64,000 bases of DNA from Nitrospinaceae bacterium UBA7883. GTDB taxonomy: Bacteria; Nitrospinota_A; UBA7883. Under the pieces are notes generated by a model. That model did not search any database. It was not told the DNA's origin and was given only the letters and a program-made list of their open reading frames with translations. Positions 58,815 to 64,000 of this stretch are shown piece after piece. The stretch lies in NCBI GenBank assembly GCA_002500605.1, contig DLRR01000002.1, forward strand, positions 3,313-67,312. The letters are read 5' to 3'. Made by a program: the position numbers and the translations under genes. Each line of letters begins with the position of its first letter. The stretch's first letter is position 1.

Positions 58815-59855
58815 TTAAACCATCCTTGTAATCCCTCTCCCATCTTCTATCAACCCAAGTTCAAACACAGTCTCACCTACGTCTTTCAGTTCCTTGGCAA
58901 GCGAATCAGCTTTTTGGGGCGCAATAACAATTACCATACCAATACCCATATTAAATGTACGCATCATTTCATCTTCATCTGCACCTGAAGCCTGGGATAA
59001 TATCCGGAAAATAGGAGGTATCTCCCATGCACTCTTAGAAATTACTGCATCTAAATGGTCACCAAGGATGCGTGGAACATTATCAAGTAATCCACCGCCG
59101 GTAATGTGAGCAAGGCCTTTAATAGGATGAGATTGGATAAGCGGCCAAAGAATTGTTGAGTAATCTTTGTGCGGTATTAGAAACTCTTCTCCAACTGTGT
59201 GGCCTAACTCACCCAAGTGGCTATCAATGGAGTAACCCAGTTTATCAAAAAATATTTTGCGGGCCATTGTGTATCCATTTGTGTGAAGGCCGGCGGAAGC
59301 CATGCCCAAAACGGCATCTCCGGCACAAATTGTCGAACCATCTATGATTTTTGATTTTTCAACAACTCCGGTAACCATTCCTACTAAATCAAATTCATTC
59401 TTTGCATATATGCCCGGTAGTTCCGCCGTCTCACCTCCCACCAATTCTACTCCTGCCTTAAGGCACGCTTTTGCTAACCCTTCAACTAGTTTCTCAATCT
59501 GGTTGGGGTGTAATTTGTCCGTAGCGACATAGTCCAGAAATGTAAGACCTTTTGCACCTTGACAAAGAATATCATTAAGGCAATGGTTTACAATGTCATG
59601 TCCTACCGTATCGTATTTATTGGCCATTCTGGCTACCATCAACTTAGTGCCTACTCCATCAACACTCTGCACAAGGACTGGTTCTTTGTATTTCTCTAAT
59701 AGTGAAGAAAAATTGAATAATGAACCGAAAGAACCTATTCCAGCTAGCGACCCCCCTATGTGAGTGGATTTTGCTAATTTTTTTATTCGCCGCAAAACTT
59801 CTGTTCCGGCATCTATATCAACACCTGAGTTTTTATATGTTATCGGGTCTTTCAT
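58815..59855 (-). CDS. purM: Phosphoribosylformylglycinamidine cyclo-ligase
   Basis: TY..SGVDI, DGVGTK, GGETAE.P, GLHTNG, HITGGG, TFNMGIG. Confidence 0.97.
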   Translation of the reverse strand: MKDPITYKNSGVDIDAGTEVLRRIKKLAKSTHIGGSLAGIGSFGSLFNFSSLLEKYKEPVLVQSVDGVGTKLMVARMANKYDTVGHDIVNHCLNDILCQGAKGLTFLDYVATDKLHPNQIEKLVEGLAKACLKAGVELVGGETAELPGIYAKNEFDLVGMVTGVVEKSKIIDGSTICAGDAVLGMASAGLHTNGYTMARKIFFDKLGYSIDSHLGELGHTVGEEFLIPHKDYSTILWPLIQSHPIKGLAHITGGGLLDNVPRILGDHLDAVISKSAWEIPPIFRILSQASGADEDEMMRTFNMGIGMVIVIAPQKADSLAKELKDVGETVFELGLIEDGRGITRMV

Positions 59856-60098
59856 ACAAGTTTATCCAGTTTTATAATAAAACGATTAATATCGTATCCT
59901 AGTAAGTGTAAACATGGTAACTGAATTTATTAACTTGCAAAAAAATGGCAGAAATTAAAATTAACCAGTAATAGCACCTTCAAGTATACACATTTTGGAA
60001 AAACTACTATCTTTTGAGCAGTGTTTTAAGTCAGACAACAGAAATGAGTTATTATACGAACTAATGTATAATAATCGTCCTATTAATAAAGGCCTAGT

Positions 60099-60401
60099 AT
60101 GAGCGAAAAGAAGAATCAGGAGTTTCTTGAGTCAATGGAACTTATTATTGAGTATGCCAAAAAGATTGCCAACGGAGAGAATATAGAAATTACCAAAGCC
60201 GAGTGGAACAACGGAAAGGAAACAAACCCCGACCGTGTTGCCCATATTCTAACTTTGGAAGCAGGCACTAGGCGTTCTGAGGTTTTTATGCGTAGAGACA
60301 GCATTGAGGGGTTTCCTTCAGACCCAAACTCTGATAAAACTAGGTCAGTGATAAAAGGAATGATAATACATATTCATTCACAGCAATCATCTGTTCATTG
60401 A
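60099..60401 (+). CDS. Hypothetical protein (100 aa)
   Basis: Occupies an otherwise empty interval; AAGG RBS and upstream TATAAT; protein-like composition; no recognised motif. Confidence 0.6.
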   Translation: MSEKKNQEFLESMELIIEYAKKIANGENIEITKAEWNNGKETNPDRVAHILTLEAGTRRSEVFMRRDSIEGFPSDPNSDKTRSVIKGMIIHIHSQQSSVH

Positions 60402-60463
60402 TTAGATTTTTCTAAACAGACCGTATAGAAGAAAAGTAACCATATTTGAAAGATTAAGCCAAA

Positions 60464-61540
60464 ATGAGCCGGATTATTGTTGTCGTATCAGTAGTATTAT
60501 TCATTGCTGGGTCAGCAACGTACTTTATTTCGCCTACGCTTAACAAGTCACCCTCAGTATTGCCAATAAAAACTCAGATAAGCACTAATCTTAATAGGCA
60601 GCAATCCGAACCCAGTTTAGAGACTAGCGCAGAAGTGAATCTGGACAGTGTGCCTGAAGTAATGGCCATAGTTGAAGGTAAAAAAATTTCCAGCACCATA
60701 TACCTGCGCACTTTAATAATGATCAAGGAAAATATAGAAAAGGCAGGGCAAAAACTGGATGAGAACACGTTCAACCAATTAAAAAGGGAGATTGTAGAAA
60801 GCATTATAAATACAGAAGCACTGCTATACCAAGCAAAGAAAGAAGGTATTAACGTCCCCAAAAAAGAAGTTGAAGATAGGTTAAAAAAGATTCAGTCAAA
60901 CTTTCAAGATCAAGCTCATTTTGAAAAAGCCATAACAGAACAAGGCTTAACAATTGATGAGTTTGTGTCAGACATAGAGAGAGGACTTCGTATAAATACC
61001 CTGCTTCAAAACAAAGTAATCAGCAAAGTGGATGTTAACGACAACGCAGTCAAGGAATACTATAAATTGAATCAACTTGAATTCGAAGAAGAAGAAAAGA
61101 TCCACGCAGCACACATTTTAATCAAAGCAGGAGCAGCGATGTCTGAAAACGACAAGGCTAAGGCTAAAGAAAAAGCAGAGGGCATCCTAAAACAAATACG
61201 GGCTGGCGCAAGCTTCGATGAAATTGCCTCCACAGAAAACCACGACGAAGCAACCGCTTTACGTGCAGGCGATCTTGGATCTTTACGGAAAAGTCAATTC
61301 GTGGCCCAGTTTACCCAAGCTGCATTAACTCTATTGCCAGGTGATATATCAGGCGTGGTGGAGACTCGTTTTGGATATCACATATTTAAATTAATTGACA
61401 AGGTGCCCTCAACATTCATCCCCTTTGAGAAAGTGGCCGGCCAAATCAAAGATCAACTCGAGAATCAACAACGAAACCGAATGATCTCTAATTACATTAG
61501 CAGATTAAGGAACAGTTTGGCGGTTAAGGTGTTTATTTAA
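60464..61540 (+). CDS. PpiC/parvulin-type peptidylprolyl isomerase (SurA/PrsA-like)
   Basis: N-terminal TM, SurA_N-like domain, AAHILIK, F..IA, GDLG, SG.VET.FGYHI. Confidence 0.9.
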   Translation: MSRIIVVVSVVLFIAGSATYFISPTLNKSPSVLPIKTQISTNLNRQQSEPSLETSAEVNLDSVPEVMAIVEGKKISSTIYLRTLIMIKENIEKAGQKLDENTFNQLKREIVESIINTEALLYQAKKEGINVPKKEVEDRLKKIQSNFQDQAHFEKAITEQGLTIDEFVSDIERGLRINTLLQNKVISKVDVNDNAVKEYYKLNQLEFEEEEKIHAAHILIKAGAAMSENDKAKAKEKAEGILKQIRAGASFDEIASTENHDEATALRAGDLGSLRKSQFVAQFTQAALTLLPGDISGVVETRFGYHIFKLIDKVPSTFIPFEKVAGQIKDQLENQQRNRMISNYISRLRNSLAVKVFI

Positions 61541-61602
61541 CCATTCGAAAGCCATAAAAATATTGCCAAGAGAATCTGGATCAATGCCGTTTATAGGGTT
61601 TA

Positions 61603-62515
61603 TCAATGCTGATGGTCGAAATCCTTTGGCAATGGTGCCAGCGATAGATTCTCAGCTCTGACCTGAGCGTAGTTAACAGAACTATTAGTTTTTGAGCTAT
61701 TTGCATAACAATATGCACATTCTGCTAGGCAAGTGTTGTATGCACCAATATCCCTACTCTCGAAACAACGACAACCTTTTCGAGTGGCCCTTATTTTTTG
61801 CTTGCTCAAATGCATGCCCTTCAGATCGGAAAACCTTTGTGGGTCTATACATGATGAAGCGCTAATACCATCATCCCAAAAGTCTGGTTCGCAACATGTT
61901 CGAAGATCGAAACCATATTCCAAAGAAATATCAGAAAAGTCACTCAACATTGATTTCAATTCACTAACCGGCGGTCGGTCGACTTCAATTCCCGACCTCG
62001 ACAACACTGGATAATAATTCCAAAACAGTTTTCTGTAATGATCGATAAAAGATATTACACATGTGTCTGATAAGCCTTGAAGCCGCTTACACATTCCTTT
62101 AAAGTTTTTTGTGTGCCACACCCCCCCTACTAGTGGAAGAAGTCAGGGCTATCGGGTCATATCGCCACACTAACGATCTTGGCCCCCAAATTTTAGATAT
62201 TTTGAGCATAGTTTTGCAGCTAGCATCTACAGATGGTACAAAGCATTCAAATGGCTCTGGATACCCTATTAAAGTATATTGAACGCAAAAGGCAAAACCA
62301 AGGTCGTTGAGGAGGTCTTTATGTTTGAGCATTGGTTTGAAGTTTCTTGTCCAAAACATGATTCCTTCCACATCATCAGGTTTTAACATAACCTTGCTTA
62401 CGACTGCATTAAACGGGTTAACTACAAGACAAAAACCTCTATTAACTTTATCAATGAACCAGTCGGAATAATATGCGGGAATATCAGTTCGTCTTGATGC
62501 AGAAATTAGATGCAA
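61603..62515 (-). pseudogene. DUF1848 family gene split by a frameshift at a G7 tract
   Basis: ORF 62099-62515 carries ISASRRTDIPAYY..WF, FWTRN and WRYDPI; ORF 61603-62121 carries C.ISFID.Y, CID, R.GC.C..S.DIG.YNTC...C.YCYAN; the frames overlap at C7 (62121-62127, plus strand). Confidence 0.8.
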
Positions 62516-62536
62516 ATTGTTACCCCTGATATAGGT

Positions 62537-64000
62537 TCAATCTTCACTTTTTACCTCTTGACGCACTTCTCTGGCCCATTTAATGGCAGATTTGTTCGAT
62601 CTCGCAGAGTTGGTACCAGCTGTCATCCGTGCAAGTTCGATTATACGCTCGTCCTCTGTTAGTTCTTTAACTTTTGCAGTAACCCTATCTTTTACACCCT
62701 TCTTCTCTACCCTAAAATGTGCGTTTGCATATTTTGCCACTTGGGACAGATGTGTGATTACAAAAATCTGATTACTGCCGGCCAATGCTTTTAACTTTCT
62801 ACCTAACATATCTGCTGTGGCGCCACCAATACCTGCATCCACCTCATCAAAAATCATTGATGCAGCGCCAAGTTGCTCCCGTGCAACAGTTTTTAAAGCT
62901 AGCATTAGTCGGCTGATCTCTCCGCCAGAAGCCGTTTTTACTAGTGATTTGGGTGGCTCGCCCGGATTAGCACTAAAAAGGAGTTCCATTTCCCCAAATC
63001 CTAATGGCCCCAGTTTTTGCTTAACACCATCTTGCAAATAGCCATCTTCACTCTCTTCATATGAAAATTTCGGTGCAAGTTTTACCTTCCCCATGTTTAA
63101 GTCTGATAACAAACGAATCACTGCAGCAGAAAACTTCTTAGATCCTTTTTGTCGCTCTAAGTCCAGTTCACTGGCCAGCTTGCCAGCATTCTTAGTCAAT
63201 TCCGCAACTGCATCTTCCAGCTTTTCATTATTGCCAAGGTCGTAGGAGAGAGTATCCAGTTCCATTTCAGCACTTTTACCGTGCGAAATAATTTCCTCTA
63301 TCGTGCTACCATATTTGCGTTTTAAATTTTTTATCAGTTCAAGGCGTTCATCAACCTCATCGAGCCGCCCATGATGCCCATCATCAATCATGTTTGCGTA
63401 TTGTCTAACTTCAGCGGAAACCTCTTCTAGCCCATAAAACGATTCAGTCAGTTTCTCAGCCATCGGCTTAACCGATGGATCAATGCCTACAATCTGATCA
63501 AACAACGACCTTATCGCATTGGTTATGTTAATCACAGAGTCTTCTGCCTCATCAATATCATTAACAATGGAAGAAGATAGTTCCAACAGCTTTTTTGTGT
63601 TTACCAATCTATTTTTTTCTGCCGTTAATGCTGTATCTTCTTTGGGCTTAAGACTTGCGCCGTTAATTTCTTCTATCTGGTACTTTAGTAAATCAACCTT
63701 CTGTTCTAGCTCCATTCGATTGCTATTAGCTTTTGCTAGCCTGTCCCTTGCTGTAACCAGGTCGTTATAGGAAGCCTGATAAACAGACAACTTTTTATTA
63801 AGACCTAAGAATCCGTCAAAAAGTGGCATATGTGAAACAGGGTTTAGTAAAGATTGGTGCTCGTTCTGCCCATGTATGTCCACAAGACGTTCGCCGATTG
63901 ACCTGATTTGGGCAATAGTTATCGGCGATCCATTTAAGTACGCCCGGCTTTTTCCAGAACGGTTCACCACACGTCTGAGTATAAGTTCACCTTCGCATGA
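62537..64000 (-). CDS. recN: DNA repair protein RecN (5' truncated by window)
   Basis: ELILRRVVNRSGKSRAYLNG, DIHGQNEHQ, long coiled coil, ASGGEISR.MLA, FDEVDAGIGG, ITHL.QVA. Confidence 0.96.
   Translation of the reverse strand, partial: SCEGELILRRVVNRSGKSRAYLNGSPITIAQIRSIGERLVDIHGQNEHQSLLNPVSHMPLFDGFLGLNKKLSVYQASYNDLVTARDRLAKANSNRMELEQKVDLLKYQIEEINGASLKPKEDTALTAEKNRLVNTKKLLELSSSIVNDIDEAEDSVINITNAIRSLFDQIVGIDPSVKPMAEKLTESFYGLEEVSAEVRQYANMIDDGHHGRLDEVDERLELIKNLKRKYGSTIEEIISHGKSAEMELDTLSYDLGNNEKLEDAVAELTKNAGKLASELDLERQKGSKKFSAAVIRLLSDLNMGKVKLAPKFSYEESEDGYLQDGVKQKLGPLGFGEMELLFSANPGEPPKSLVKTASGGEISRLMLALKTVAREQLGAASMIFDEVDAGIGGATADMLGRKLKALAGSNQIFVITHLSQVAKYANAHFRVEKKGVKDRVTAKVKELTEDERIIELARMTAGTNSARSNKSAIKWAREVRQEVKSED

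Noticed and set aside
60040-60090. loxP/dif-like look of AGTTCGTATAA (minus strand)
   Set aside because: No XerD arm (TTATGTTAAAT) at 6-bp spacing, no 13-bp lox arms and no recombinase nearby.

Overview
This is a gene-dense, AT-rich bacterial chromosomal segment. I found no mobile elements, CRISPR arrays or rRNA. It carries much of a reductive/reversible TCA toolkit: a type-E fumarate reductase/succinate dehydrogenase with a CCG (HdrB-like) subunit, a split class I fumarase, sucCD and a two-subunit KorAB resembling CO2-fixing OGORs. It also holds aromatic amino-acid, folate, pantothenate and purine genes, translation genes (proS, tyrS, rpsA, tRNA-Ser-CGA), DNA repair genes (uvrC, recN, a frameshifted DUF1848 gene) and fragments of an ABC-dependent glycan locus. 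The gene content suggests a microaerophilic rTCA chemolithoautotroph, possibly Nitrospinota-like; this is inference only. The most striking system is a sigma54-preceded aa3-type oxidase operon (coxC-sco-coxB-coxA-ctaA-ctaB plus an unannotated 43-aa membrane microprotein). Its A2-type subunit I keeps the D proton channel and the His/Tyr active site but has lost all canonical K-channel residues and gained an Asp next to the CuB histidines. Other notable items are a pan RNA motif with an adjacent Rex-like palindrome before panB, a dksA-rpoZ pair, an orphan dehydratase/activase pair divergent from gpsA-larB-larC, and a lone H4MPT-pathway-type HisA-like gene. All calls come from motif recognition by eye; no database searches were run.
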